Virus record (IMG/VR): IMGVR_UViG_3300035180_001680
DNA: 64,000 bases
From: a virus
Taxonomy: Duplodnaviria; Caudoviricetes
Strand: one strand, 5' to 3'
Program-made: the position numbers and the translations under genes
Notes under the pieces: model-generated
Told to the model about the DNA's origin: nothing
The model's database searches: none
What the model saw: the letters and a program-made list of their open reading frames with translations, nothing else
In this document: piece after piece, positions 28,362 to 38,866 of the stretch
Layout of the letters: each line of letters opens with the position of its first letter
Numbering within the stretch: position 1 is the stretch's first letter

Positions 28362-28727
28362 ATGAACCTCTCTACTCTTAAAGTTGGTGATCGTGTCTCT
28401 GTTGCATACAACGGCAGTTGGTCAACTCGGTCTCAGGGGATTTATATCGTTACAAAGATCAACAAAGTTCGAATCACTCTTCAGCGTGAAGGTGATGGTC
28501 ATGAGCGTGAATTTAGTGTGAAGACTGGCACTGAGATAGGTTCTGACCGTTATCGTTCAGCATACATTGAGTCTATTCAGGACAAGGAAAATCGTGAAGC
28601 GGCAGTTCTTGCACGTAGTGAAGAACGACAAGCATGGGAGAATGCTGAATTGGCGGCAAAAAAGAAAGATATATCTGCTCTTCGTAAAGCACTTCGTGAT
28701 ATCGAAGAACGAGCTTGGTTGAAATAG
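28362..28727 (+). CDS. Hypothetical protein
   Basis: GGAG site; SH3-like N-terminus followed by a helical tail. Confidence 0.7.
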   Translation: MNLSTLKVGDRVSVAYNGSWSTRSQGIYIVTKINKVRITLQREGDGHEREFSVKTGTEIGSDRYRSAYIESIQDKENREAAVLARSEERQAWENAELAAKKKDISALRKALRDIEERAWLK

Positions 28728-28918
28728 GTTGACTCACCCCTCTAAAGGTATTAAATAATCGAACCAAGTGGGACCCAAACGATAACTTTGTAATCACTGT
28801 ACCTGAATTAAGGGTGAAGGGCACCGCAAGTTGTAGTTGACTTCTTTACTCTAATGTGTGATAATGTTCTTGTTGTAGAAGTACTTGAAGAACCCAATAA
28901 TCCTGAAAGGAAAATGAA

Positions 28919-29152
28919 ATGAAATTCAAAAACACCGCCAACAATTACGTCGAAGAAACAACTTTTCCGTTTGTGTGGACTCTTTTGTTTGGTTCGCTGT
29001 ATCTTTTGGTAAAGGGTCTTTGGGGTCACGCCATTATTAGTTTCATACTTGCACTGTTCACATTCGGTCTTTCTTGGTTGATTTATCCGTTTATTGCTCG
29101 TGGTCTCATTTACGAAAACTACCTGAAAAGGGGATGGGTACCAGTTGAGTAG
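28919..29152 (+). CDS. Small membrane protein (DUF2628-like)
   Basis: Two hydrophobic segments; FGSLYLLVKGLW, YLKRGW motifs. Confidence 0.6.
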   Translation: MKFKNTANNYVEETTFPFVWTLLFGSLYLLVKGLWGHAIISFILALFTFGLSWLIYPFIARGLIYENYLKRGWVPVE

Positions 29153-29537
29153 ATTGAATACTCCGGATAACGTTCATACACTCGTCATCATCCAACACAA
29201 AGCATTCGCTATCCCCTCCGATCAACTCCAAGGGAACATACTTATACTGCTTCCATGTTCTCTTGATGTGTTGTTCAATCTTGAATGCTTCGTATAGTGT
29301 AGTAGCTCTCTCGTACCGGGAGGTAACTGAGTATACTTTTTTGGACTGAAACCTTTTAGTCACAGACCGCTTCGTAATCCCTATCTTCTGAAACCGCTCT
29401 GATCCTTTACTGAACTCAACGAAGTATACCAGCGCGCTGATGTCTTTGAGTTCGGGTTTCATCTTGAACAGGTGTTCGGTGTACACCTCAACAACTTTTT
29501 GTAGTAATATAGCTAAAACTTCTAAGAGGATCACCAT
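29106..29537 (-). CDS. GIY-YIG / T5orf172-like endonuclease (possible free-standing homing endonuclease)
   Basis: LVYFVEF..FQKIGITKRSV.KRF..A..IEQ.I..GGDSECF; antisense insertion just upstream of the RNA ligase. Confidence 0.6.
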   Translation of the reverse strand: MVILLEVLAILLQKVVEVYTEHLFKMKPELKDISALVYFVEFSKGSERFQKIGITKRSVTKRFQSKKVYSVTSRYERATTLYEAFKIEQHIKRTWKQYKYVPLELIGGDSECFVLDDDECMNVIRSIQSTQLVPIPFSGSFRK

Positions 29538-30663
29538 GAACCAATACCAGACTCAGCTATTCACTGAACTGCAAGCGCTCATCGCTAGCAATGAAGCCTT
29601 TTACGCACAGACGTTCGAGTCGAATGGTCACATCTATAAGATATACAACTATCGGTTAGCCTCATATACCGACTTCCTCGCTCCTTCCGCTTTGGAATCA
29701 AGGGGTGTGATGTTTGAGGTTGACGCTTCCGACGACCCAGTTGAACTGAAAGTTCTCCCTCAACCCAAATTCTTTAACGCCTATGAGAATCCATTCACGA
29801 TGGATCTCGACTTCACTGCAGTTGATGCAATCTACGATAAGCTTGACGGCTCGTTGATGTCTACTTATATGGAAGACGGACAGTTGAAGTTGAAATCTAA
29901 AGGTTCAATCTCTTCTGAACAAGCACTTGCTGCGATGGATTGGTTGGATAATCCTGACCAGGCTATGCTGTATCATAACCTCGCGTCAGCCACAGAGAAG
30001 GGATGGACTATCAATTTGGAGTTCATGAGCCCCAACTATAGGATCGTATTGGGTTACATGAACACTCACTGTAAGGTGTTGAACGCTCGTAACCGTGAAG
30101 ATGGCTCGTTTGTTGAATACGACCTTCTCCAATCGACGTTCGGTGCTCATAACGTGGTCAGTCGAGTGATTGTGGATGATACCAAAACCTTCATTGATAA
30201 CATTCCTGGAATGCAGGATGACATTGAAGGCTATGTGGTTTGGTTGTCTGACGGTCGAGTGGTCAAAATTAAATTGACCAAATATTTAAGCCTGCACCAC
30301 GCGAAAGATTCTGTCAACAATCCTCGTCGATTGTTTGAGTGTATTCTTGATGAAGGTGTTGATGATCTTCGTGGAATGTTCTATACTGATGCTGTTGCAA
30401 TGATGATGATTGATCAAATGCAGGTGAAGGTTGATCATATGTTTAACAGCATGGTAAATGAAGTTGAGACGTTCTACGAAATGAACAAACACCTTGACCG
30501 AAAAGACTACGCTGTTAAAGGTCAGGCTGAAGTTTCACCGATGTATTTCTCTCGTGCAATGAATTTGTATCTTGGGAAGAGTCCTGACTACAAACAGTTC
30601 ATGAAGAGTAAGTGGAAAGAATTGGGATTTAAAGATATGAAAATTGAAGAGACTGGAGAATGA
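29536..30663 (+). CDS. rnlA: T4-type RNA ligase 1
   Basis: YNYRLASY.DF..ALESRGVMFE, KFFN, motif I KLDGSL, EGYV, KIK..YL.LH; start at 29536 after GAGGA. Confidence 0.9.
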   Translation: MNQYQTQLFTELQALIASNEAFYAQTFESNGHIYKIYNYRLASYTDFLAPSALESRGVMFEVDASDDPVELKVLPQPKFFNAYENPFTMDLDFTAVDAIYDKLDGSLMSTYMEDGQLKLKSKGSISSEQALAAMDWLDNPDQAMLYHNLASATEKGWTINLEFMSPNYRIVLGYMNTHCKVLNARNREDGSFVEYDLLQSTFGAHNVVSRVIVDDTKTFIDNIPGMQDDIEGYVVWLSDGRVVKIKLTKYLSLHHAKDSVNNPRRLFECILDEGVDDLRGMFYTDAVAMMMIDQMQVKVDHMFNSMVNEVETFYEMNKHLDRKDYAVKGQAEVSPMYFSRAMNLYLGKSPDYKQFMKSKWKELGFKDMKIEETGE

Positions 30664-31006
30664 AATGTTTATCGGATATGTAATTGTTGGAATTGACAAA
30701 AACTACGGAAATGATATATTTGCGTTGGTTGATCATGGTACAGGTGGACACCCTTATTGGTCGCCGCAAATGAACACCACCGGAATTCACAGTACATGTC
30801 CAAACATAGAAGAGATGTTTCAGGGTTGTGACTACATGTACGAAAAAGTTTCTGGAATTGGAATTGGAATTGCAGAAGTTGAATATAAAATAGACAAGTT
30901 TATTCCAGTCTCGGAACTTAAACAAGTGATCACAATTAACCAAAAGAAACGTCGAGCGATCCAAGTTCAAATAGAACAACTTCAGCGTGAGTTGGACGAA
31001 ATCTAA
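30644..31006 (+). CDS. Hypothetical protein
   Basis: 120 aa with a C-terminal coiled coil. Confidence 0.55.
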   Translation: MKRLENEMFIGYVIVGIDKNYGNDIFALVDHGTGGHPYWSPQMNTTGIHSTCPNIEEMFQGCDYMYEKVSGIGIGIAEVEYKIDKFIPVSELKQVITINQKKRRAIQVQIEQLQRELDEI

Positions 31007-31007
31007 C

Positions 31008-31370
31008 ATGGTAGTAAAACTTCGTGACATTGAAGACTCAACAATGGCATACGAGAAGGGTAACAAACAAATCAAGGCAATCCAAGCTCAGAACCAAAGT
31101 TTAACCTTTAAAACTCTGTTCTCCGAACAAGAGATTGCGTTTGGAGATGTCGTTCGCGCTAAAGTGAAGCGTGTGTTCGGTAGCTGTAAAATATATCTTG
31201 ATTATCACAAGACTTATATTAAAATCAAGGTGGACAAACCTCGAACAGAAGATTTGAAGTCGGATAGGTATGAAGAGTTGAAAAACTTTTGTGAATTGAC
31301 TAATATAGCGATTCGTGAACGAACATCTTTGGATGAAGTTCGTTCTTTAATCTTCCGTATTGAGAAATAG
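31008..31370 (+). CDS. Hypothetical protein
   Basis: Follows the previous stop codon directly. Confidence 0.6.
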   Translation: MVVKLRDIEDSTMAYEKGNKQIKAIQAQNQSLTFKTLFSEQEIAFGDVVRAKVKRVFGSCKIYLDYHKTYIKIKVDKPRTEDLKSDRYEELKNFCELTNIAIRERTSLDEVRSLIFRIEK

Positions 31371-31379
31371 AGAACTGTT

Positions 31380-31616
31380 ATGAATATGACTGAAATGCCC
31401 ATCGAGCAATGGAAAGATCTTGTTAAACTGAGTTCCCATGTTCTTCCTGGTGAGACTGTTCGATTTTCTGATGTAGCAGGGGATGGGGTAGTCCGTGCTA
31501 ACGTATCTATCAACAATCCAAAATTTGAAGGTCACTCAATCTTCATTGGAGCATATTTCACGAAACCTCTGACTAACCCTACTGTAAAAGCAGGTTGTGG
31601 TTGGTTCTACGATTAA
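31380..31616 (+). CDS. Hypothetical protein
   Basis: 78-aa ORF in the operon. Confidence 0.5.
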   Translation: MNMTEMPIEQWKDLVKLSSHVLPGETVRFSDVAGDGVVRANVSINNPKFEGHSIFIGAYFTKPLTNPTVKAGCGWFYD

Positions 31617-31800
31617 AGAAAACAAAATGCATTTTCATACGGACGAGGATGGATTTCTTGTAAAGTGTTATCACGAGACCAAAAGTCAACTGAAATCATT
31701 ATCCTTCTGGGTAGGAATCACAATTTCCTTCCCATTTGAGCATTTTTTGTGGGAAAAAGTTCCAGGTTTTAGTTATATCACTCACTTATTAGGATTATAA
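31597..31800 (+). CDS. Hypothetical protein
   Basis: Likely start MHFHTDEDG; FPFEHFLWEKV motif. Confidence 0.55.
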   Translation: MVGSTIKENKMHFHTDEDGFLVKCYHETKSQLKSLSFWVGITISFPFEHFLWEKVPGFSYITHLLGL

Positions 31801-32144
31801 TGAAACTTCTGTTTTGTCCACATTGTAATGATGTGTTTAGCCTTAACACTAAAGGGCGGCGTAGTTGTTCCTGTGGTCTAACGTACGGTGAGTACACTGA
31901 CGACATCAATGCAACAATCAGTTCAACTGGGGTTGCTTTAGGGTTTGCTAATGGAAGTTTCACAAATGCTCTCCGTGAACACATTCGTAACCCTAAAGGG
32001 ATCCCTGTTAAGGGAAGATACTTTGACAATAAGGGTCACGACTTCATTGCATTCACTATCCCCGAAGATGCCCCAAGTGTCAAACGAGAAGGTCCGTGTG
32101 TGTGGTTAGATGAAATGTTAAAAACTATTGGACCCCCTGTTTGA
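31800..32144 (+). CDS. Hypothetical zinc-binding protein
   Basis: CPHC, CSCG. Confidence 0.65.
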   Translation: MKLLFCPHCNDVFSLNTKGRRSCSCGLTYGEYTDDINATISSTGVALGFANGSFTNALREHIRNPKGIPVKGRYFDNKGHDFIAFTIPEDAPSVKREGPCVWLDEMLKTIGPPV

Positions 32145-32248
32145 CTGTTGATTATTGATGCACTTGTGATGTATCACTCTTAAATTGGTTGACATTGACC
32201 CTATTATGTGATATGATAGGGTCAATGAAATAAATAAAGAGCTCCCCG

Positions 32249-32821
32249 ATGTCTCATGTTGATTTATACTGTGACGGATCATATTACAGCAGACACAAAA
32301 AAGCTCAAACATTCTATTGTGGATATGCAGTCAGTGTAGTTGAGCAAGGAATTAGGACGTTTGCATTTGGGGCTGGTGATAGTACATCTAGTCCAAATAA
32401 ATGGTCTAGCACCACAGCAGAACTACTCGCATTCAAAAGTGCATTGAATCACGCGTTATACATCAATGATCAACATACGACAATCAATATCTATAGTGAT
32501 TGTGAGACAATTAACATAGTACTTAACAAAATTCTTCAACGCATCACTTATGGTGCATCTAATCCGTATGCAGATGTGGCACATCCAATAATATGGAAAC
32601 AAATCATGTCAAGGTATGCTCTCTTAGATGCAAGAGTTGTTATTCGTCATATTGAGTCACATATGGTCGGCCCACGTATTCACCAACATCATGCAGAAGT
32701 TGACAAATTGGCTAAAGTGTTTGCAACTAAGCGGTTGGTTGAACGATATGCAAAAATAGCGAAACTGTGGTATGATGGTACAACAAGAACCAACTTCTTG
32801 TTGCCTTTTAGTTCGGCATAG
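32249..32821 (+). CDS. RNase H-like protein (RNase HI family)
   Basis: YCDGS, AELLAF, IYSDCE, HIESH, VDKLAK match the RNase HI D-E-D-H-D catalytic pattern. Confidence 0.8.
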   Translation: MSHVDLYCDGSYYSRHKKAQTFYCGYAVSVVEQGIRTFAFGAGDSTSSPNKWSSTTAELLAFKSALNHALYINDQHTTINIYSDCETINIVLNKILQRITYGASNPYADVAHPIIWKQIMSRYALLDARVVIRHIESHMVGPRIHQHHAEVDKLAKVFATKRLVERYAKIAKLWYDGTTRTNFLLPFSSA

Positions 32822-32856
32822 GGTAACATCGTAACATCTCTTTAATCGCACGAAAG

Positions 32857-33258
32857 TTGTTGATGAACATTCCGTTAGTTGGTTCAGTAGTACGCGTTGA
32901 AGTTCCTAACTTCAGTGCTATGTTAACCAATCCAATCTTCAATGACTTACCTACCAGCAAGTTCTTTGAAGGAACTGTGATTCAAAATTCAGACTTCGAT
33001 GATCTGAAGTCGTTCTGTATTACAACACCAAATGAGAAATTTCCTATCCGGAATATCTTATTCAAGAATGTGATCAGTATCAATGGAGCGTCTGTTGATT
33101 ACAATGCTCAGACTACAGTCAAGACGGTTCAGGTTGCTGGATCCAATGGGAATGTGTATACTGTAGTGATTAATGGAGAGAAGTCAACCTGCACGTGTCC
33201 TCAGAATACATACAGACATCAAATGTGTAAACATATTAAACAAGTATTGGAGCTATAA
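32857..33258 (+). CDS. SWIM zinc-finger protein
   Basis: GSNGNVYTV..CTCP...R..CKHI. Confidence 0.8.
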   Translation: MLMNIPLVGSVVRVEVPNFSAMLTNPIFNDLPTSKFFEGTVIQNSDFDDLKSFCITTPNEKFPIRNILFKNVISINGASVDYNAQTTVKTVQVAGSNGNVYTVVINGEKSTCTCPQNTYRHQMCKHIKQVLEL

Positions 33259-33600
33259 TGTGTATTATTACGTGGTTGTTGATCTGGTTCCTTGTTGGAG
33301 TTGTTGTGGCTATAATCGTTGGTAATGTTATTCACTTCGCTGCTGGTGAAGATGAATCTGTTGACCTTTAACCCTAAATACTATACAATATCATTTCTGT
33401 CAATAAGGAGTTGTAAAAATGTCTAAGACCTTCACTTCCCGTCATCTCAACGAGACTCTGAAGCGTTGTAAGAATGGTGCACATGAACCAAAGTCTGGAC
33501 ATCACACCAAGCGTGCTATCCAAGCGGAAGAGTTCCGTAAAGAAGTCAGGAACAGTAGACGCATTCAAGACTATTGAAACTCTGTTGACTTACCCTATCA

Positions 33601-33822
33601 TTGGGGTATAATAGACTCATCTTACGTACAAGGAAGAATGAAATGGGTGTTACTACTCGCTTTAATGAATTTCTGGATTGGTTGGATGGTTGTTTTGAGA
33701 TTGGATTCGAGGTTGTTGACATCAAAGAAGACCACAAAGAGTACTTCTTTGAAACGGATGGTCACAAAATAGCATATTGGGATCGAGAACATGGGTTCGG
33801 TTATGTTGTCTTTGAATGTTAA
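33601..33822 (+). CDS. Hypothetical protein
   Basis: Behind a TTGACT-N17-TATAAT promoter; likely start MGVTT. Confidence 0.5.
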   Translation: MGYNRLILRTRKNEMGVTTRFNEFLDWLDGCFEIGFEVVDIKEDHKEYFFETDGHKIAYWDREHGFGYVVFEC

Positions 33823-33872
33823 TATTCAACCAACAGAAATTTGTATGAAACACTCTCATGAAGGAATGAACA

Positions 33873-34115
33873 ATGAAACGAATTCTCAAAACGAAGTGGT
33901 ATGTTGTAGATGTGAGTTCCTTTCAACAGAAGGATGTTGTAGTCAAAGGACCTTTTAACACAGCCAGTGATGCAGCAGTGGAAAAAGAACCTGATGATGG
34001 ACCATGTATCAGTCAAATTATCCTTCGTGGCAACACGTGTTTACATGAAGGTATTGATTGGTGGTTCAATCAAAAAGGGTTGGTTCCTCGTTCTGGTTTG
34101 ACTGTTGCCTCTTAA
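33873..34115 (+). CDS. Hypothetical protein
   Basis: GAAGGA site; 80 aa. Confidence 0.55.
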   Translation: MKRILKTKWYVVDVSSFQQKDVVVKGPFNTASDAAVEKEPDDGPCISQIILRGNTCLHEGIDWWFNQKGLVPRSGLTVAS

Positions 34116-34164
34116 CCCTAATTGTTGTACAATGGCTTCATTGAATAACTAAACAGGAACTGAG

Positions 34165-34512
34165 ATGACCTCAATTGTGACTCGTGAATCACTTCAGATG
34201 ATGTTAAACAACACCAATCCGGTGTATGTTCAGAAAGTTGTCGGTCGTGCATTAGTTGCTCTGCTTCAACGGCAAACTGAAGAAGAACGTGCTGAGAATA
34301 CGACAAAAGTTCACAACTCTATTGGTTTTACTGGCTCCGATGGTCATAGTGGTTGCTTAACTGCAAAGTATTTTATGAAACATGGCAAGTTGGAAGACTG
34401 GATGGTTCAAAATTGGACCAAAATTGGTAGTAAGGGAACATCTCGTTTAACCAAGTATCATGCTCAACTTAATCAAATCGCTGTTGAGAAACAAAGTAAG
34501 AGGAACAGTTAA
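34165..34512 (+). CDS. Conserved phage hypothetical protein
   Basis: GRALVALLQRQTEEE..T..HNSIGF motif; CAGGA site. Confidence 0.7.
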   Translation: MTSIVTRESLQMMLNNTNPVYVQKVVGRALVALLQRQTEEERAENTTKVHNSIGFTGSDGHSGCLTAKYFMKHGKLEDWMVQNWTKIGSKGTSRLTKYHAQLNQIAVEKQSKRNS

Positions 34513-34715
34513 ATGACTGCTACTATCATCGAATTCATCCCCAAATCAACCCCTGTTGTTACGAATCATACACATGGTGTTGTTATCAATCTTCAGGTTA
34601 AGAGAGATACTTTACTAGTAAAGCAACGTAATGAAAAAATCCAACATGAGATTAGCAGTATAAGACAATACTTCCATGATTGGTTTGGTTATTACCCATT
34701 AGCATAAGTAAAAAG

Positions 34716-35246
34716 ATGAACCCGACTAAGATTAACCGTAATTCATGGCACTATAAACTATTGGAAGAATTTCACGGAGCAAACTCTGTTGAATATGCTG
34801 AATCTTTGTGTGACTACACGAGGTTGTGTGTAATAGCATTTCTTGTAACATTTCTTGTATTAGGTCTCACGTTGGTGATCGCGGTGATCGCTCTCATTCT
34901 AGCATGGTTCATGTTAGTGGGGACAGGAAATCTCATCGGTTGGTTTATGGTTGTTATGTTATCACCTTACAGTTTTGGTTATTTCACTCAACATATTCCT
35001 CTTACGCCGTTGTATCAAGCTGTGGCAATAGTTGATGCTGGGTTACTGATATTATACCTTTGGAACATTTTTTCATTCGAAGAGATTCGTAATCACATGA
35101 AGTCAAAGAAAGAAGAACCATATCGAAAAAAATATTCCGAACCAGGAATTGTGTCATTAATGTGGGACAGTTGGAAGAACAAAATATGTGTTCCAATTGA
35201 GTTCGAAGGTGGTGATAAAGACAATTCAGAACACGAAGGTTACTGA
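34716..35246 (+). CDS. Membrane protein
   Basis: INRNSWHYKL, SLCDY; several hydrophobic helices; K.KIC.PIEF C-terminus. Confidence 0.7.
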   Translation: MNPTKINRNSWHYKLLEEFHGANSVEYAESLCDYTRLCVIAFLVTFLVLGLTLVIAVIALILAWFMLVGTGNLIGWFMVVMLSPYSFGYFTQHIPLTPLYQAVAIVDAGLLILYLWNIFSFEEIRNHMKSKKEEPYRKKYSEPGIVSLMWDSWKNKICVPIEFEGGDKDNSEHEGY

Positions 35247-35327
35247 TTTCTCACAAAAAGTCAACAGTTGCCATTTTACCTTCATTGAGAGATAATGTCT
35301 CTATTGAATAACTAAACGGACACAGAA

Positions 35328-36056
35328 ATGAGCCTCTCTGCGGAACAAAAACAATTGGTAATTCGAACCGTTGCCCATTTCACAGAAATGGGCAACAAGA
35401 AATTCGGTATCAACATGGCTGTTCCTACAACTCTTTTTAATAAGAGAGGAACTACTGCTGGTGAAGCCTCTTATAGTACACACACAGTCAATTTCAATGC
35501 TGATATGTGTGCTCAAAACTTCGATGAGTTTATCAACCAGGTTGTTCCACATGAGGTTGCCCACCTCGTTACACATGAAAAGTACAGCAAAGGTACCAAA
35601 CGATTCAACAACGTAAAAGCTCATGGACATGAATGGCGTCATGTTATGGTTACATTTGGCTTGTCACCTGACCGTTGTCATAAAATGGACGTCAGTGAGT
35701 TCAAACAACAACGAACCAAATATGAATATGTGTGCCCATCGTGTGGTCGCAGCTACAAAGTTGGTGGAAAGATTCACAACAATATTCAGGGTGGTAAAGT
35801 TTACGTCTGTAAATGCAAAGGTCGTTTATCACCAAATAGTGTGGTAGGTGTCCAAGCACCTACTGCCAAAAAGAAAGTGGAAACTACTACTGTCACCACT
35901 TCACGTGAAGGTTCCAAAAAGGATCGTGCAGAACGATTATACGCTGATTTCTCAACCAAAAGCCGTGAATTCATCATTACACTATTCATGAGTGAGTTGG
36001 ACATGACCAAGGCAGGTGCGTCCACTTACTACGCAAATTGTAAGAAGAAGTTTTAA
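35328..36056 (+). CDS. SprT-like zinc metalloprotease with a Zn knuckle and a C-terminal HTH-like domain
   Basis: HEVAH (HExxH), HGHEW, CPSC..CKC; C-terminal ELDMTKAGASTYYANCKKK. Confidence 0.85.
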   Translation: MSLSAEQKQLVIRTVAHFTEMGNKKFGINMAVPTTLFNKRGTTAGEASYSTHTVNFNADMCAQNFDEFINQVVPHEVAHLVTHEKYSKGTKRFNNVKAHGHEWRHVMVTFGLSPDRCHKMDVSEFKQQRTKYEYVCPSCGRSYKVGGKIHNNIQGGKVYVCKCKGRLSPNSVVGVQAPTAKKKVETTTVTTSREGSKKDRAERLYADFSTKSREFIITLFMSELDMTKAGASTYYANCKKKF

Positions 36057-36061
36057 AAAGG

Positions 36062-36090
36062 TTGACATTGTTCCCCTATTGTGGGATAAT
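36062..36090 (+). promoter_or_regulatory. Sigma70-type early promoter (representative of more than 20 in the window)
   Basis: TTGACA-N17-GATAAT; similar sites at 36665, about 37046, about 38874, about 39739, 40353, 41499, 44964 and about 45323. Confidence 0.8.
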
Positions 36091-36244
36091 GACTTTGTTG
36101 AAACGATAACAGTGAAAAGAAATGAACACAACCTTCTCTTTGCGTGAAACTGCAACAATCCTAACGATCAGCCTGATGTAGGCTGCACTGTCGTTCAAGG
36201 GTATCGAAATCGTTTATCATCTGTTTGCTAATTAAGGAACTAAT

Positions 36245-36592
36245 ATGCTCTACATAATGGTGGCTCATCATTACAACGCGAAGCGGAATACTGTTGCCGA
36301 AATCATGAAGGAGGAGGGTGAGCGGAATGAATACTCCATCGTTGTCGGTCGTCGTGAAGTTGGATACGACTCATATACTCCTTGTTACGTAATCGGTGCA
36401 GGTAATGAATCGGGTCTGAGGTTGGGTGAAACCAAATACACTCAAGACACTGGAGTGGGTTACATGCACAACGGAAAACGTTTTGTCGTCGAAAACGTAA
36501 TCTACATCAAAAAAGGTATTATTTGTCTTAAACAAAATGATATTGGACTCAATAGTAACGACGCTCGTCGTAGCACTTGGGTGTTCAAGTAA
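36245..36592 (+). CDS. Hypothetical protein
   Basis: AAGGA site; 115 aa. Confidence 0.6.
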   Translation: MLYIMVAHHYNAKRNTVAEIMKEEGERNEYSIVVGRREVGYDSYTPCYVIGAGNESGLRLGETKYTQDTGVGYMHNGKRFVVENVIYIKKGIICLKQNDIGLNSNDARRSTWVFK

Positions 36593-36721
36593 TCATTGAC
36601 ATTGCCACGGAGACATGAGATAATGTCTCCGTGGTTAGGGGTGGCAAACTCAAGGAATGACTTGTTGACTTCTTTACCCTGTTAATATACAATAACACAT
36701 CAGTTAAATAAAGAGGCAAAA

Positions 36722-37048
36722 ATGATTAATTTGAATGAAACTCCTGAAAAAGTTTTGACTCTTGTTGATGGAGAACATGTTACCGTTGATGGCATTGAAC
36801 TCGTGGTAACTGTTGATGATTTCGATTGGGTTCGTGATCCTATCAGTAACGCTCCAAAGATTTACTTGACCACAGTTGATAGTCGAATAGATGAATACAA
36901 CGAACTGAACAAACTATCTGAGGATGGTTACAACTATCCAGAATATTCAGAATATATTCGTCATCTTCGAGATGTACTAGGGCTAGCTTCAATGTCCAAA
37001 GAACATATGGTTGATACCATCAAAACAAAACAATACATGATCGGTTGA
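36722..37048 (+). CDS. Hypothetical protein
   Basis: Own promoter (TTGACT-N17-TACAAT, 36665-36693) and a GAGG site. Confidence 0.7.
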   Translation: MINLNETPEKVLTLVDGEHVTVDGIELVVTVDDFDWVRDPISNAPKIYLTTVDSRIDEYNELNKLSEDGYNYPEYSEYIRHLRDVLGLASMSKEHMVDTIKTKQYMIG

Positions 37049-37100
37049 CTTCCAACCAACATTAGGGGATAATGTCTTCATCAACTGAAGAAAGAACAAA

Positions 37101-37469
37101 ATGAAATATATCTCCTGTTTTGATGGTTTGTTCGAAGTCGAAGACGGTCGTGATTCCATCATTGTTACTCTTCGTGATGTGAAGAAAGGTGGACATTTCA
37201 CAATCCTTCGTGATGAGTACAACAGAATCCTTGCAGGTCAACATGGTATATTTAAACTTGTTAACACTCCTGAAACGTTTCCCACCAAAGAACGTCCTAT
37301 CATCACCAGTAAATCTGGTACAAAGGCTGAACGCGCTATTGACATCTACAAGTCACTTGGTGTCAACCCTGACAAACAACTGGTCATTTCTTCGTTCATC
37401 GAGCAGTTGAACATGACCAAACAAGGTGCAACAACGTACTACTATAACACAAAAAAATCTTGTCAATAA
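37101..37469 (+). CDS. Hypothetical protein with a C-terminal HTH-like 'G(A).TY..N' domain
   Basis: GTKAERAIDIY..EQLNMTKQGATTYYYNTKK. Confidence 0.7.
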   Translation: MKYISCFDGLFEVEDGRDSIIVTLRDVKKGGHFTILRDEYNRILAGQHGIFKLVNTPETFPTKERPIITSKSGTKAERAIDIYKSLGVNPDKQLVISSFIEQLNMTKQGATTYYYNTKKSCQ

Positions 37470-37714
37470 TGTTTGAACCAACTCAATGTAATTGGCCTGA
37501 ATTCAGAAAGATGGCAAAAGATTTACTTGATGCCATTCCTACTCTTGAAAACAACCAAATCAATGATGAACTCAAACGTCTACATCTTGCCTATCTTGGA
37601 ATGAAAGGTGATGACCACGAAGTGTATCAAGCAATAATTGTTCTTCGTGTTGTGAATGAACAAGCTTTCAAAAAGCAGTTGAACATTCAAGAAATCTACA
37701 GTAAAATACCTTAA
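37460..37714 (+). CDS. Hypothetical protein
   Basis: 84-aa helical ORF. Confidence 0.55.
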   Translation: MSIMFEPTQCNWPEFRKMAKDLLDAIPTLENNQINDELKRLHLAYLGMKGDDHEVYQAIIVLRVVNEQAFKKQLNIQEIYSKIP

Positions 37715-38222
37715 ACAAATAAGGAATGCAACGATTCAGTAACGAGGTAACATGTACACAATCACAACAGACTACCGAGAAGTAATAGAACTTCTCAAGA
37801 ATCCCAAAGCAAAGTTAGTGGGATGGCCTTCTACTCTTAAAATAGAAGACAATAAGTTTGTAGTATTTCTTCCAAAGGAACTACATTGATACCCCACGAT
37901 GAGATGGTTAACAAGTGGTGGTGTTGGGATATCAATAAAATGCTTGACCCTTAACTGATTATGTGGGATAATGTTTTTACCGTAACAAACAAGAGAACTA
38001 CCATGTACGACAGTATTACTGAAGAAGAAATGTTTCAATCTATTAAGGACGGTCAAGTAAGCAAAGCAGATTTCATAGCGTGGGTGAAGGCAAAATGTAA
38101 ACTCGAGTTCCTCGAAGGTTTCGAAGATGGATACCAAGCAGGTATGGACAACGTAATCGACTAACTGTTGATCTGCGAATGAATTCATGCTACTATATCA
38201 AAAATAATAAGGAGATAGTAGC

Positions 38223-38531
38223 ATGACACCAGTCGAAACCCGAGAACAATACAAAGTAACAAGTTTGTTTGACTGTGGAATAGACCTCGTAAGAAAGTAC
38301 ATTTGGATCAAGGATCTTGGACAGGTTGGATTTCGCAGTGTTACGAACGATGCCGAAAATGTCGTCCCTTATGTGCTGTGGTTGTTCAACGGAAACTATC
38401 CCATAATTTATCGCGATAGTCAAGGTGTATGGGATCAAATTCTTCACGATGGAAAGAAATTTACACGATTTCATAGTTTGGGTCAAGCGAAAAATCTTGA
38501 AGAAGTAATCAAAAGGTTAGTTGTATCGTAG
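38223..38531 (+). CDS. Conserved phage hypothetical protein
   Basis: SVTNDAENVV, IIYRDSQG.WD motifs. Confidence 0.7.
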   Translation: MTPVETREQYKVTSLFDCGIDLVRKYIWIKDLGQVGFRSVTNDAENVVPYVLWLFNGNYPIIYRDSQGVWDQILHDGKKFTRFHSLGQAKNLEEVIKRLVVS

Positions 38532-38581
38532 TCTTATTCATAGTATTATGACTTTTCTAACTTAATATAAGGAATTAACTT

Positions 38582-38866
38582 ATGACTCCCTCTCCACAAA
38601 ACGTCATCGAACAAATCAACAATATGTTTGATGAGGAACGGAGTAACCTGTTCGTTCAACTATATTATCGTTGGCAAGATGAAAAACAGTATGAAGACAT
38701 CAAGGATTATCAAACTGTAATCCAACAAAACGTCCCTGTCAACTTCAAAGTTCAAAAGATGACAAAACGTCCATTCGGTTTTCATTTCAAAGTCAACGAA
38801 TTTCCTGAAGCAACATATTCAATTTCTGTTAATAGCAAAAGTATGGGTTGGGGTCGCGTGGAGTAA
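38582..38866 (+). CDS. Hypothetical protein
   Basis: LY.RWQDEK.YEDI.DY, MTKRPFGF motifs. Confidence 0.7.
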   Translation: MTPSPQNVIEQINNMFDEERSNLFVQLYYRWQDEKQYEDIKDYQTVIQQNVPVNFKVQKMTKRPFGFHFKVNEFPEATYSISVNSKSMGWGRVE

